From positions 1 through 63,860 of IMG/VR virus record IMGVR_UViG_3300042881_000493: a stretch of DNA of 63,860 nt. One strand, written 5' to 3'. Origin of the DNA: a virus (Duplodnaviria; Caudoviricetes). The number at the start of each line of letters is the position of its first letter. Position 1 is the first letter of the stretch. This document shows positions 28,107 to 38,667 of the stretch, in pieces. Position numbers and translations under genes: made by a program. The notes beneath the pieces are model-generated. The model saw nothing but the letters and a program-made list of their open reading frames with translations. It did no database searches and was not told the DNA's origin.

Positions 28107-29145
28107 GATGGATGATTTTGGACAAGACTATGGATATAGTGACACCACTGAAGAAATCCCTAGCTGGATGGGTGGCAACCGAGACATAGAAACCGGAGAA
28201 TTTTATCCCGGCTTAAATGAAGCTAACTCAGGCACTAACCTTGAGTCAATGGCTGGTTACACATTTAAGGACGGAGTATGGACTTCTCCACAGGGACTTA
28301 CTTACGACACCAAAACTAATACAGGATCATTAGCCGATCTGTTTAAAACAGGTGGAATTGGCAGTGTTTTGGGTATTGCAGGAGCCGCTGGTCTAGCTCA
28401 ACAACTATTGGGCGGTGGCGGAAATAGTGGCTACGCTGGCTATCAAGGTGGTATACCAAAATACACAGTAGATCGTAGGCAGTATGCAGTTCCTTTAACT
28501 TCTGCTCCTTATACAACTAAAATAACAGATCAACAAGTAAAAGACTTTTTCTCTCGTCCTAACATGACAGAGGCTATAGCTGCTCGTGGAATGAATGAAT
28601 ATGGCATTAGTCCTGAGCGAGTAGCTGGAATTTTTAGTCTTCCTGCTGCGACTATTCAGTCTAAATATCAAGAAGCTCTTGGCCCTAACTATGCGTCCCG
28701 CCGACCCGGATCTGGTGGTGTTACTTACTTTAGCCCGATACAGTACAAACCAGTACCTCCAGTTGTTCCTGCTAATACGACTACGGGTACAACTGAGACA
28801 GTAACTGATGCTAATGCAGAAACTGTTGTTAAAGCAGATGGTGGTCGTATTATGAATAGTGGTATAGCCAGCTTAGGAGGATACTCAGATGGTGGACAAC
28901 TACTCCGTGGCCCCGGTGATGGTGTATCTGATGACATCCCTGCAACCATTGGTAACAAGCAACCCGCTCGTCTTGCTGACGGTGAGTTTGTTGTACCTGC
29001 TCGTATTGTTTCTGAACTTGGTAATGGCTCGACAGAGGCGGGAGCACGTAAACTCTATGCCATGATGGATCGTATTAAGAACGCACGATCTAAGGCTAAA
29101 AACATTGCAGCTAATACCAAAGCTGATAAACATCTTCCCGCTTAA
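28099..29145 (+). CDS. Putative ejection / internal virion protein
   Basis: GPGDGVSDDIPA...ARLADGEFVVPA...GARKLYAMMDR C-terminal domain. Confidence 0.7.
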   Translation: MAKMDDFGQDYGYSDTTEEIPSWMGGNRDIETGEFYPGLNEANSGTNLESMAGYTFKDGVWTSPQGLTYDTKTNTGSLADLFKTGGIGSVLGIAGAAGLAQQLLGGGGNSGYAGYQGGIPKYTVDRRQYAVPLTSAPYTTKITDQQVKDFFSRPNMTEAIAARGMNEYGISPERVAGIFSLPAATIQSKYQEALGPNYASRRPGSGGVTYFSPIQYKPVPPVVPANTTTGTTETVTDANAETVVKADGGRIMNSGIASLGGYSDGGQLLRGPGDGVSDDIPATIGNKQPARLADGEFVVPARIVSELGNGSTEAGARKLYAMMDRIKNARSKAKNIAANTKADKHLPA

Positions 29146-29153
29146 GGAATAAC

Positions 29154-30062
29154 ATGGCTACTACCCCAGCACCCGGCACCTCTTCCCAATCTACTCTATC
29201 CGAGTACGCAGGCCCGTATGTAACAAGTATGCTCGGCAAAGCCGAAGCACTTTCCGAGCAACCTTATCAGGTATACCAAGGCCCAATGACGGCTGGTGAG
29301 TCTGGTTTGCAAAGCAAAGTATTCCAAGGATTAGGTAACTTAAACTTCCCTAGTCAATTGGGTCAGACATTTAGTTCTGGAAGTGCATACACACCGCCGG
29401 CTATGACTCCCGGTGCTTATGCCCCCGGCGCTATTGGCACTGGTGCTGGTATGTCTGGTGGCATTGGCTCATTAGGTGGTATGGGTACTGCTGGAGGTAC
29501 CGCTAGTGGTACTACTGCTCCATTAGGTATGGCTTCTCAGTACATGAATCCATATTTACAGTCAGTCCTTCAACCTCAGTTAGAAGAACTGCGCCGCCAG
29601 TCACAGATTAATTTGCAGCCCGGCATGGCTAAGATGACTCAAGCTGGTGGCTACGGTGGTGGCCGTCAAGCTATTATGGAATCTGAAGCTAACCGTAATT
29701 TGTTACAACAACAGAACCAAGCTATTGGTACTGGGTACTCTAATGCTTACGACAAAGCTATGGGTCAGTTTAATGTTGAGCAAGGTCAAGCTAAGACACT
29801 GGCTGACATCATGAGTCAAGCCGGTGGTCAACAGCGCGGCATTGAGCAAGAAGGTATCACTGCTGACTACAACGAGTTCTTGGCTCAGCGTGACTACCCA
29901 CAAAAGATGTTGCAGTTCCAGCAGTCTATGTTGCAAGGTCTGCCAATCTCTACAGTTTCTACCAGTCCAGCTTCTATGACTGGCTTGGGTTCATTGCAGT
30001 CTACAGTGGGTACACTAGGATCTACATACGACTTGCTTAAGAAACTTAAAGTTATCGACTAA
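29154..30062 (+). CDS. Putative ejection (DNA pilot-like) protein, Q/G-rich
   Basis: QYMNPYLQ, AGGYGGGRQAI, QRDYPQ..L. Confidence 0.65.
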   Translation: MATTPAPGTSSQSTLSEYAGPYVTSMLGKAEALSEQPYQVYQGPMTAGESGLQSKVFQGLGNLNFPSQLGQTFSSGSAYTPPAMTPGAYAPGAIGTGAGMSGGIGSLGGMGTAGGTASGTTAPLGMASQYMNPYLQSVLQPQLEELRRQSQINLQPGMAKMTQAGGYGGGRQAIMESEANRNLLQQQNQAIGTGYSNAYDKAMGQFNVEQGQAKTLADIMSQAGGQQRGIEQEGITADYNEFLAQRDYPQKMLQFQQSMLQGLPISTVSTSPASMTGLGSLQSTVGTLGSTYDLLKKLKVID

Positions 30063-30071
30063 GGATAAGAC

Positions 30072-31775
30072 ATGAATCTCGTTCAAATACAAGAGCGTTT
30101 AAAGGATATGCCTACTCAGGCAATCATGTCCTATGCAAACGGGATGAACCCTGAAGTTCCTCCTTACTTGGCTTTAGGTGAACTGAACCGTCGTAAGCAG
30201 ATGGAGCAGAAGTCTGCTCAAGCTCCTACTGGTACTGTTAAAGACAATATTGAACAGCAGATGTCTACCATGCAAATGCAGGCAGCTAAGCAAAGACAGA
30301 TGGCTCAGCAGATGGCACAGCAAGGCGCTCAAGCTCAGATGCCTATTCCGCCCGGTGTTCCTGAGCCACAGATGCAGGCTATGCCAGAAGACTCTGGAGT
30401 GGCAACGTTGCCAACTGGAGAAATGAACTTTGGCTCTGGCGGTATTGTTGCTTTTGCCAACAAAGAAGGTAAGCAATTAGTTGAGGACGATGAAGATAGA
30501 GCAATGAAAGATCTTCAGACTGAAATTGAATATCGTGAGAGAGACGCTCGTCAAAAGAGATTAGAAGCTGATCGTGCAAAAAATATGGCGATAGTAAATC
30601 AAACTCCTGAACGTCCAGTAATGCAGAAAGACCCACGTTTAGTTGGTACAACTCCTCCTGCTGAAACTCTTGGCACACTTGCACCTCCTCCTAGAAATAT
30701 TCCACCCGGCGGAATAGCTAATGTTGTTCCTCCAAAAGTGATGCAACAGAATGTTCAGCCGCCACAACCACCACAACCGCAACAACCTGCGGCACCAGCA
30801 TCTCCTCTACTTGACATGTTAAAGACAAGGATTGCTGCAACCACACCAGCGTTGCCAGACTATGAGACTGAACGTGCTGCTGCTGCGGTCAAAAATCCTT
30901 TGCTAAATATGCAACAGGGTAAGAAGATTGAAGAAGGCATTGCAGGTCTTCGTGCAGGCTACGGTAAACAGCAAGAAGCCTTTGATAAGAATGAAGAAGC
31001 CGCTGCTCGTGCGGCTTTGTGGCAAGGTTTAATTGAGGGTGGTGAGTCTACCCGTGGTATCCGTGGCCGTGGCTTAGCTGCTTTGGGTACTGGTGCTGGT
31101 AAGTCTTTCCTAGCTTCTATGGCAGGTGCACGTTCCCGCGAGATGGCTCAACAAGAGTTAGTAACACAGCGTAACTTTAATCTTACCAAGATGGAGAATG
31201 AGCTTGAGAGTGCCCGTATTGCTGAAGCGAAGGGTGACTTTAATACTGCATACGGTCACAAGATGAAAGCTGCTGAGTTCAAACAGAACGCTGCTAAAGA
31301 TCAGAATCTATTGATTAGCCAAGGTGCTCAGATTGAGAGTGCTGACAACCGAGAAGTTATGCGTTTGCGTAATGAAAGAGAATTGGCCCAGCTTCGGTTT
31401 AAATACGAGAAAGAACTTAAAGGTATACCCCAAGCACAACGTGCTAGCTTTGAAGAACAGTTTGTTGCAGAAGCTGTCAAAGCTGGCATACCTAGACTGG
31501 ATGCTATGCGTGAGGCTAAGACTCTTGGAAAACCTAGAGATCAACTTACTTACGCCCAAGCTGCGGATGATGTAGATAATTTCTTAAAGAGTACTCAAGG
31601 TATGACTTATATTGCAGGATTAAATAAAGCTGCAAAAGAAAAGAAAGAACCTATGCCTGATTCATTTACTATTCGTAAGAATCTTATCGACCAACAAATG
31701 CAACAATCGGGTAGCAAAAACGCACCTAAGAGTGATTTACTTAAAGCGGCAGATGCAATTGTTGGAGCAAAGTAA
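30072..31775 (+). CDS. Putative ejection protein, coiled-coil, Q/A-rich
   Basis: Position; SGVATLP...FGSGGIVAF; helical composition. Confidence 0.6.
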   Translation: MNLVQIQERLKDMPTQAIMSYANGMNPEVPPYLALGELNRRKQMEQKSAQAPTGTVKDNIEQQMSTMQMQAAKQRQMAQQMAQQGAQAQMPIPPGVPEPQMQAMPEDSGVATLPTGEMNFGSGGIVAFANKEGKQLVEDDEDRAMKDLQTEIEYRERDARQKRLEADRAKNMAIVNQTPERPVMQKDPRLVGTTPPAETLGTLAPPPRNIPPGGIANVVPPKVMQQNVQPPQPPQPQQPAAPASPLLDMLKTRIAATTPALPDYETERAAAAVKNPLLNMQQGKKIEEGIAGLRAGYGKQQEAFDKNEEAAARAALWQGLIEGGESTRGIRGRGLAALGTGAGKSFLASMAGARSREMAQQELVTQRNFNLTKMENELESARIAEAKGDFNTAYGHKMKAAEFKQNAAKDQNLLISQGAQIESADNREVMRLRNERELAQLRFKYEKELKGIPQAQRASFEEQFVAEAVKAGIPRLDAMREAKTLGKPRDQLTYAQAADDVDNFLKSTQGMTYIAGLNKAAKEKKEPMPDSFTIRKNLIDQQMQQSGSKNAPKSDLLKAADAIVGAK

Positions 31776-34700
31776 TGGCAACAGCAGAACAGTATGCAGA
31801 ATGGTTAGTACAGAACCAAAGTAAAAAGGGCACACCTGATTTTGAAACGGTTGCCTCTGCATACCGTTCGCTTAGATCTGCTCCGGCTCCTCAACCTACC
31901 GCTCCTTCTAGAGAAAGAACATACGGAGAAGCTGCTAAGGACATAGGTGCTGGTGTCGTTAGTGGTATTGGATCCCTTGTTCAACTGCCCGGCCAGCTTT
32001 ACGGCTTAGCTACTGGAGACTTCTCTAAGACTGGTGCCTTGGGTGCTGGTCAGCAAATCTCTAAGTTTGGCGAGGAGATGAAGTCTGCTGGCCTAAAAGC
32101 TCGTGAGGAAGAGAGAGCTAGGAAAGTTGCTGAGTCTGCTAAAGAAGGTCAGTTCCAAGCGTTTGGTACTGCACTTGGTGAGACTGTTAAAGATCCTGCA
32201 TTGCTGTTGTCTTTTATTGCAGAGCAAGCTCCTCAGTTGTTAGTGCCATTTGGTGCTGCCCGTGGCGTTGGTATGGCGGCTAAAGGTTTAGGTGCTACTG
32301 AGGCTGTAGCAGGTAAAGCCGCTGTTTCCGGCGCGGTAGGTGCTGGTGGTGTACAGCAAGGCTCTGACGTAGGTGCTGGTGCATACGAGAACATCTACAG
32401 AGAACTTAAGAGCAAAGGTGCATCTGACACTGAAGCCGCTCAAGGTGCTTTGACTTTAGCCCGTCAAGCTGGTGCCGCCGCAGGTACTATTTCTTTACTG
32501 GCTCAGCGCCTACCCGGTGCTCGTCAGCTTGAGGAAGTATTGGCTGGTGTACCCGGTAAGGGAGCGGCTGGTCTCGGTGGTCGTCTTAGAACTGCTGGCA
32601 GTACTGCTGTTGGTGAGACAGTTGGTGAGATACCTGAAGAGGTCGGCGGTAAGTTTGTATCTAACTTGGCCATGCAACAGGTTAAACCTGAGCAGAGTTT
32701 GACTGAAGGTTTGGGTGAAGCGGCGGCTATGGCCACTATTGGTGGCGTAGGTTTAGGTGGTGCGGCTGGTTTAGCTCGCCGTCCTGCTGCTCCTGTTACT
32801 GAAACAACACCAGAAACAACTGCGTTTGATGTAACAAAGTTACCACCTGAGATTCTTACTAGGATTGAAGAAATCACTGGTGTTAAACAACCAGAGCAAG
32901 AACAGCAACCTATGCTGTCTGCTGAAGAAGCTGCTCGTCAACGTATCCAGATGCTTCAGCAAAAGGCTGATGCTGAGTCTGCGGCTCTTGCTACCGCTTT
33001 GCCTGAGTCACCACAAGAGAAGGCTGCTCGTGCCGCCGCACCTCCCGCGACACAGCCTAGTCTTAATGAGCAAATGCCTCAAGCTACACCTCTTGCAGAG
33101 TTGGAAGCTAAGCAAGCTGAGATTGACCGCTTGCGTTTAGAGGCAGGTCTTCCCACTGGTGCGTCCTCTAAGACTCCCGGTGTACAGCCTGAGCAGGTGG
33201 TTGCAGAAGAGACACCTGTCCCTAAGATTGTAGATAACCGTCCCCTTGAAGACCGTGCTGCAAAGAATCGTTTATTGGTTATGAAGAACATGCTTCAGAA
33301 CCAAGGCGGTGATCCTGCTAGTTTGACTATTGTTCCTCACCCTACGGCTGAAGGTAGATTTGCCATTCAGTCTTTGGACGTTCCAGTTAAGTTTACTAAG
33401 AACCTTCCTGAGACAGCAATCAAGAGACCTGAGTCTCCAGTTGTTATTGATCCTGTCAACGCATACATGGAGATTGCTCGACGTACTAATACGCCTGCAT
33501 CTATGCGTTTGGTTAAGGACTTTGAAGCAGGTATCGTTACCCGTGAAGATGTAGAGGCTGCTATTGCCGCCGAGCAGAAAGCCGGCCAGCCTTTGCCTCT
33601 GAACTACAAAGGTAATGGTGAGCCTTGGTTCATTGCTCCAGAAACTTACAAGCCACGGGGGGAGCGTGAGATTCCGCCATTGTCTGAATCTCTTAAACCA
33701 CCAGTGAAAGAAGAGCCTACGGTTGAAGAGCCGCCAGTGGTGACTACCAACGAGATGCCTAAAACTCTTCAAGAGTTTCAAGTGCGTATGCCTATTGCAT
33801 CTAACAATCCGGCATATAGAGAAGCTCACGATAAACAGAATTTTGGTATTTTGGCTGATGCTATGGCCAGAAGCACTAACCCAACTATCAAGCGTGTGGG
33901 TGAATTAAGTCAAAAAATTTCAAGAAAAGTTAAAATTCATAAGCCCGGTGCTTTAGCTAAAAAGGAATGGGCTGGACAGTATGACAGTTCAGATCATTCA
34001 ATTAAGATGCGTAAAGAATACGCTGGGCATGAGTTAGTAAATGCTCACGAAGCAGTCCATGCTTTGACAGTAATGTCTCAGGCAAATCCTACTCGCTCTC
34101 AAAAACCTATCGTTGAACAAATTGACAAACTATACGACCATGTAAAGTTTGAACTTGGCCGTAAAGGTTATGGATATGGCAAAGGATACACTGGCTCTAA
34201 GTCAGTCTATGGATTGCTTAATTCTATGGAATTTACTGCTGAAGCAATGAGCAATCCAGAATTCCAATATTTGCTGATGCAGATTCCATATCCCGGCAAA
34301 AAGTCTGCGTGGACTAGGTTTACAGAGTTAGTTGCCGATTTGCTTGGCATCAAAGACACAAATGCTTTGACTGAGATTATTAACTTAGTAGATAAGTTAG
34401 CTATGAAAAAGCCTCCAAAGACTACTGTCGCTGGTGGCCAAACAATATTTGGCAAAGAAGAAGAAGCGCCATCTAAGGTAGAACAGGTTAAACAGAAAGC
34501 TTCTGAATTCTTGCAGAAGAACAAGCCTCTCACTAAAGAGAACTTACCCGGCCTGCCTTCAGAGTTTGTTACCGCTTCTAACAACATCTTTAAGCCACAG
34601 AACAGAACGATTGTTGAGAAGATCTCTGACATGCAGGATCGTTTCTGGCAGCGTCTGGCTCAGGGTATTGCTGACCAGTACCGCACGATCAAGGACTACT

Positions 34701-37087
34701 CTCCTGTCGGCTATATGCAAGCCCGCCTGTCTAAGAGTGTAGACGGTGCTCTAGAGGGTATCCTGTTCAACGGTCATGTCTTCAATGACGGTGGTGCATT
34801 GAACATTAAACCAAACACCAAAGGTTTGATTGAATCTTTGAAGCCTTTGGGTAATGAGGTTGACCGTTATCAGATGTGGGTTGCACTGAACCGCGAGTCA
34901 CGTTTACCAGAAGAGAAGCGTTCACGTAACGATGACATGGATTACTTGGTAGCAAATCGTGCCAAATTAGCCGAAGGTACGATCAACGGTAAGTCAAGAC
35001 TTGAGTTGTACAACTCTGTTCTTAATGATATGAACGGACTTAACAAGTCAGTACTTGATGTAGCTTTGGAGCAGGGGTTGATTGACAAGTTCAGTTACGA
35101 CAACTTTGCCGGCGACATGTACTACATTCCTTTCTATCGCCAGATGGAAGAGGATGTTAAAGGTGGTAAGACTCCTTCGGGATTGACTCAACAAAACTTT
35201 TCTAAAGCTTTGAAGGGCGGTAGTGATCGTCCGTTTGGTGACTTGATGGAGAACACTCTGCGTAACTGGAGTCACATCCTGTCTGCGTCGATGAAGAACC
35301 AAGCCGCCGTTACAACGATTAAAGATGCAGCCGAGCTAGGTGCTGTGGAGCCTGCGTCTGAGCCGGGTAAAGATACAGTTGAAGTTAAGGTTAATGGTAA
35401 GAACAAATACTTTACGATCTTAGATCCTCTCCTGCTTGAGTCCATTTCATCTATTGGTTACTTAGGGCCACAGAATAAGTTCCTTGATGTATCTCGTGAC
35501 TTCAAGAACCTCTTGCAGTACGGCGTTACGATGTCTCCAGCGTTCAAGGTAAACAACTTGTTCCGTGATTCCGTACAAGCTATGGCTGTGTCTGACTTAA
35601 AAAAGAATCCTTTTGCCAACGTGGTAGATGGCTGGATAGCTACAGACAAGAACAATCCTGCACATATCTCCGCTTTGGCCGGTGGTGCTATCTTTAACTT
35701 TGGTACGGCTTATGAGGGTAATCAATCTAAACTAATTAAAAGATTGATTGAAAAAGGTGTTAAAGAGTCTGATATTTTAGATACCCCAGATAAAATCAAA
35801 GCCGGTTTGTCTAAGCTCTTTGACAAGTATGAAGAACTAGGTAACAAGTCTGAAGCCGCTAACCGCATGGCTTTGTACAACCAGTTGCGTGAGCGGGGAC
35901 TGTCTCATTTACAAGCATCGTTTGAAGCTCGTGACTTGATGGACTTCTCCATGCAAGGATCGTTTAGTGCATTCCGTTACCTGACTCAGGTCGTACCGTT
36001 TATGAACGCACGTATCCAAGGCTTATACAAGCTGGGTCGTGACGGTATTATTCCAACTGGCCGAGTGTTCTACAACTCATTGACTGGTAAAGAGATTGAC
36101 CTTAACGATAAGAAGAAGGCTCAGGCTTTCTCTATCATTACAAGCGCGGTTTGTCTTGCTTCTCTTGCTTTGTATGCTGGCTTTAAAGATGACGAAGAGT
36201 TCCAGAAACGCAGTGACTGGGATAGAGATAACTTCTGGTGGATTCGTCTGCCCGGTATGGAAGCGGCTCTTCGTATTCCTAAGCCGTTCGAGATCGGTGC
36301 TTTGGGTACAGTAGCCGAGCGCACAGCCGAGCAAATCTTTGATGCTGACTCTGAAGGTAAACAGTTTACCAGTGCTCTTAGCCGTATGCTGTGGGACACC
36401 TTTGCAATGAACTTTACACCACAAATATTTAAACCTATTGTGGATCTGTACTCTAACAAAGATAGCTTCACTGGTGCGCCTATTGAGACTGCCGGTATGG
36501 AAGCCCTGTCTAAAGCTGAGCGTAAAGCTGATACCACAAGTCCTTTGGCTATGGCTTTGTCTCCTATACTTAACATTGCATTACCAGAAAAAGCAGAGTT
36601 AAGCCCAGTTCAGGTGGAATATGCTATTAAAGGTTACTTTGGCTGGTTAGGTGGGACGATTGCCTCTACTTCTATGTACGCTGTCATGCCGTTTAAAGAC
36701 GGTGAGTATCCAGATACCAAATGGATGGACAAGGCCAGCCTTGGATTTGTCAAGAGTCTTCCTTCTAACATGTCTCAGTACACCACTGCGTTCTACGAGA
36801 GCAACAAGCAGATCCAACAAGCCTTTGCCGACATGCGTCACTATGCTGAGATTGGTGAGATGGATAAAGTCCAAGAGATCATGGAAGAGAAGGGCGACAA
36901 GATTGCTCTTCAGAAGATGTACACCCAGACTTCTAAACAGATGGCCAACATCCGTAAGCAGATTAGTATTGTTACAAACGACACTAATATGGATGGAGCT
37001 ACGAAACGGGAGCAGATTGACCAGATGAAAGAGTTAATCTCTATGCTTGCCAAACAAGCTGAAGATGTTCGTAAATCAATGAAGTAG
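31775..37087 (+). CDS. Large polyvalent ejection protein with a zincin-like HExxH domain and a C-terminal LPD38 domain
   Basis: NAHEAVHALT...EFTAEAMSNPEFQ; ARDLMDFS, VPFMNARIQG, RIPKPFEIG, NKDSFTGAPI. Confidence 0.8.
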   Translation: MATAEQYAEWLVQNQSKKGTPDFETVASAYRSLRSAPAPQPTAPSRERTYGEAAKDIGAGVVSGIGSLVQLPGQLYGLATGDFSKTGALGAGQQISKFGEEMKSAGLKAREEERARKVAESAKEGQFQAFGTALGETVKDPALLLSFIAEQAPQLLVPFGAARGVGMAAKGLGATEAVAGKAAVSGAVGAGGVQQGSDVGAGAYENIYRELKSKGASDTEAAQGALTLARQAGAAAGTISLLAQRLPGARQLEEVLAGVPGKGAAGLGGRLRTAGSTAVGETVGEIPEEVGGKFVSNLAMQQVKPEQSLTEGLGEAAAMATIGGVGLGGAAGLARRPAAPVTETTPETTAFDVTKLPPEILTRIEEITGVKQPEQEQQPMLSAEEAARQRIQMLQQKADAESAALATALPESPQEKAARAAAPPATQPSLNEQMPQATPLAELEAKQAEIDRLRLEAGLPTGASSKTPGVQPEQVVAEETPVPKIVDNRPLEDRAAKNRLLVMKNMLQNQGGDPASLTIVPHPTAEGRFAIQSLDVPVKFTKNLPETAIKRPESPVVIDPVNAYMEIARRTNTPASMRLVKDFEAGIVTREDVEAAIAAEQKAGQPLPLNYKGNGEPWFIAPETYKPRGEREIPPLSESLKPPVKEEPTVEEPPVVTTNEMPKTLQEFQVRMPIASNNPAYREAHDKQNFGILADAMARSTNPTIKRVGELSQKISRKVKIHKPGALAKKEWAGQYDSSDHSIKMRKEYAGHELVNAHEAVHALTVMSQANPTRSQKPIVEQIDKLYDHVKFELGRKGYGYGKGYTGSKSVYGLLNSMEFTAEAMSNPEFQYLLMQIPYPGKKSAWTRFTELVADLLGIKDTNALTEIINLVDKLAMKKPPKTTVAGGQTIFGKEEEAPSKVEQVKQKASEFLQKNKPLTKENLPGLPSEFVTASNNIFKPQNRTIVEKISDMQDRFWQRLAQGIADQYRTIKDYSPVGYMQARLSKSVDGALEGILFNGHVFNDGGALNIKPNTKGLIESLKPLGNEVDRYQMWVALNRESRLPEEKRSRNDDMDYLVANRAKLAEGTINGKSRLELYNSVLNDMNGLNKSVLDVALEQGLIDKFSYDNFAGDMYYIPFYRQMEEDVKGGKTPSGLTQQNFSKALKGGSDRPFGDLMENTLRNWSHILSASMKNQAAVTTIKDAAELGAVEPASEPGKDTVEVKVNGKNKYFTILDPLLLESISSIGYLGPQNKFLDVSRDFKNLLQYGVTMSPAFKVNNLFRDSVQAMAVSDLKKNPFANVVDGWIATDKNNPAHISALAGGAIFNFGTAYEGNQSKLIKRLIEKGVKESDILDTPDKIKAGLSKLFDKYEELGNKSEAANRMALYNQLRERGLSHLQASFEARDLMDFSMQGSFSAFRYLTQVVPFMNARIQGLYKLGRDGIIPTGRVFYNSLTGKEIDLNDKKKAQAFSIITSAVCLASLALYAGFKDDEEFQKRSDWDRDNFWWIRLPGMEAALRIPKPFEIGALGTVAERTAEQIFDADSEGKQFTSALSRMLWDTFAMNFTPQIFKPIVDLYSNKDSFTGAPIETAGMEALSKAERKADTTSPLAMALSPILNIALPEKAELSPVQVEYAIKGYFGWLGGTIASTSMYAVMPFKDGEYPDTKWMDKASLGFVKSLPSNMSQYTTAFYESNKQIQQAFADMRHYAEIGEMDKVQEIMEEKGDKIALQKMYTQTSKQMANIRKQISIVTNDTNMDGATKREQIDQMKELISMLAKQAEDVRKSMK

Positions 37088-37105
37088 AAAAATTAAAAGT
37101 TTTCT
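37086..37105 (+). promoter_or_regulatory. 20-bp palindromic motif copy at the convergent late/early junction
   Basis: AGAAAAATTAAAAGTTTTCT spanning the gap between two stop codons. Confidence 0.6.
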
Positions 37106-37757
37106 ACGCCTTGTTAGTTCCTTCTATGTGGGCTGTTGAGTTATCCCAGCCTATGTGTTTAACGTAGCCATCTTCTTTATTGGAGATGGCTGCTCTAAAT
37201 CCTTTACGCATATAGTGCCTGCCTGCTGCGGCCTCGCCATCGACCATCTCATAGTCCTTTAACCTGCGTAGTCCGGGGTTCCAAGTAAACCCATGCCACC
37301 AATCAGCATACCCAAGTGACATCAATGGGTACTCCAGATCCCTTAGCTTCTCTATTGGATGGCCATTCGTATCGTTGTGCGCTCTTAACCAAACTGTGAT
37401 GATCCAAGGATTACTCTGCATTATTAGTGCAGATTCTTCTATGAAACCGGGTGCATAGAACTCCCAATCATCCTCAATGTGAAAGATGTAATCTGTTTCT
37501 ACGTGGAAGTAAGCCCAATCTATTGACTTGGTTTGGCCAATATTGTGCTCGTTTGCTATGACTGTGAACTGCGGCGGCTCATGAATCTTGATCTTGTCAA
37601 TCATTTCTTTGATAGTTATTGCCGCATTTATATACCCTGAGTCATCAATAATGATGAAGCTCTTGATGGGGAATGTATTGAACTCAAAGAAAGAACGCAG
37701 AGTTCTATCCAGAAGTTCAAACCTACCGCATGAAGTAAGTACACAAGTTACCTGCAT
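37104..37757 (-). CDS. Glycosyltransferase, GT-A fold (GT2-like)
   Basis: LTSCGRFELLDRTL, IIIDDS, YIFHIEDDW, FTWNPGLRR, VKHIG. Confidence 0.8.
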   Translation of the reverse strand: MQVTCVLTSCGRFELLDRTLRSFFEFNTFPIKSFIIIDDSGYINAAITIKEMIDKIKIHEPPQFTVIANEHNIGQTKSIDWAYFHVETDYIFHIEDDWEFYAPGFIEESALIMQSNPWIITVWLRAHNDTNGHPIEKLRDLEYPLMSLGYADWWHGFTWNPGLRRLKDYEMVDGEAAAGRHYMRKGFRAAISNKEDGYVKHIGWDNSTAHIEGTNKA

Positions 37758-38011
37758 TCCAATAGTCTTTCAATGGTGACTGCTAGAGCGTCTAACTCAT
37801 CCATCTTCTTGATAGCCCACATTCTTTTCTGGCCGTGCCAGCCCATGATTGGGCCTTGGTGACAGTCAGTACACAGGGCTACCACTGTGTATTGCTGATG
37901 CTGTTTAACATGGTGGGCGGCGCTAGGCGGAGGAGCATCACAGACAGAGCAAGGTAGTTCCTTGACTCTGCCTATGTGAAGCCTATGCTTGGCGGTTAGT
38001 TTATTGTTCAC
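37748..38011 (-). CDS. Ref/DUF968-like HNH-type zinc-binding nuclease
   Basis: LPCSVC...AHH...ALCTDCHQG...GWHG. Confidence 0.7.
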   Translation of the reverse strand: MNNKLTAKHRLHIGRVKELPCSVCDAPPPSAAHHVKQHQQYTVVALCTDCHQGPIMGWHGQKRMWAIKKMDELDALAVTIERLLECR

Positions 38012-38258
38012 CAGACACCCTGTGCTCTAGCATGGCATCTGCCATGATGTAAGAATCTTTCGCAATTAACTTTGACATGCTTTCTTCATCTTGAAACCCA
38101 TCGTCCTCAAAAGTAGTTACAGGATCATAGTTCTGAAGTATTGCTTGCATAGCATGGATAGCTATGTAGTCTCTAAGAGACATACCCATATCAAAGGGTG
38201 CGCCGTGGCCAGTGTTCGGTATAGGGAAGGCCATCTTCCCGCCATAAATTACAGTCAT
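38001..38258 (-). CDS. Conserved small phage protein
   Basis: AFP...GMSLRDYIAIHAMQ...SYIMADAML. Confidence 0.75.
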   Translation of the reverse strand: MTVIYGGKMAFPIPNTGHGAPFDMGMSLRDYIAIHAMQAILQNYDPVTTFEDDGFQDEESMSKLIAKDSYIMADAMLEHRVSGEQ

Positions 38259-38476
38259 TCTTTACTCCTTAATTTTGTTAATTCTGCTTTGGCATCAAGC
38301 CACGGCTGGATGTAGACCATCCTGCGGTCGTGATTCTTATTCCATTCGTTGATAGCAATAAATGGATTGCGAGCAGCCTCCCACTCCTCCATCCAAGTAA
38401 TTTCTTGCACGTTCATTGCACGTTGAGCATCGCTAACTAATTTCTCTAATTGTTCTATCTGGGTTTTGCGGTTCAT
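38255..38476 (-). CDS. Hypothetical protein
   Basis: Coupled overlaps in the leftward operon. Confidence 0.6.
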   Translation of the reverse strand: MNRKTQIEQLEKLVSDAQRAMNVQEITWMEEWEAARNPFIAINEWNKNHDRRMVYIQPWLDAKAELTKLRSKE

Positions 38477-38667
38477 CTTTCCATCCTTTGAAACATCATC
38501 TCTTCGGCTTGGTCGTAAGCCATGCGAGCGTTCTCTTGCATGTCCTCTCCGCCGGCTAAGCCCATAAGGACAAAGGCTGCAAAGAAGTCAAGCATCGTAA
38601 TCTGGTCAAGAGAGACAGGCTCCAACTTGACCAGACTCTTTACACCTTCAGGCTTTTTTCTTGCCAT
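38473..38667 (-). CDS. Small protein related to 38001-38258
   Basis: MLDFFAAFVLMGL...AYDQAEEMM; start taken at MARKKPEG. Confidence 0.6.
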   Translation of the reverse strand: MARKKPEGVKSLVKLEPVSLDQITMLDFFAAFVLMGLAGGEDMQENARMAYDQAEEMMFQRMER

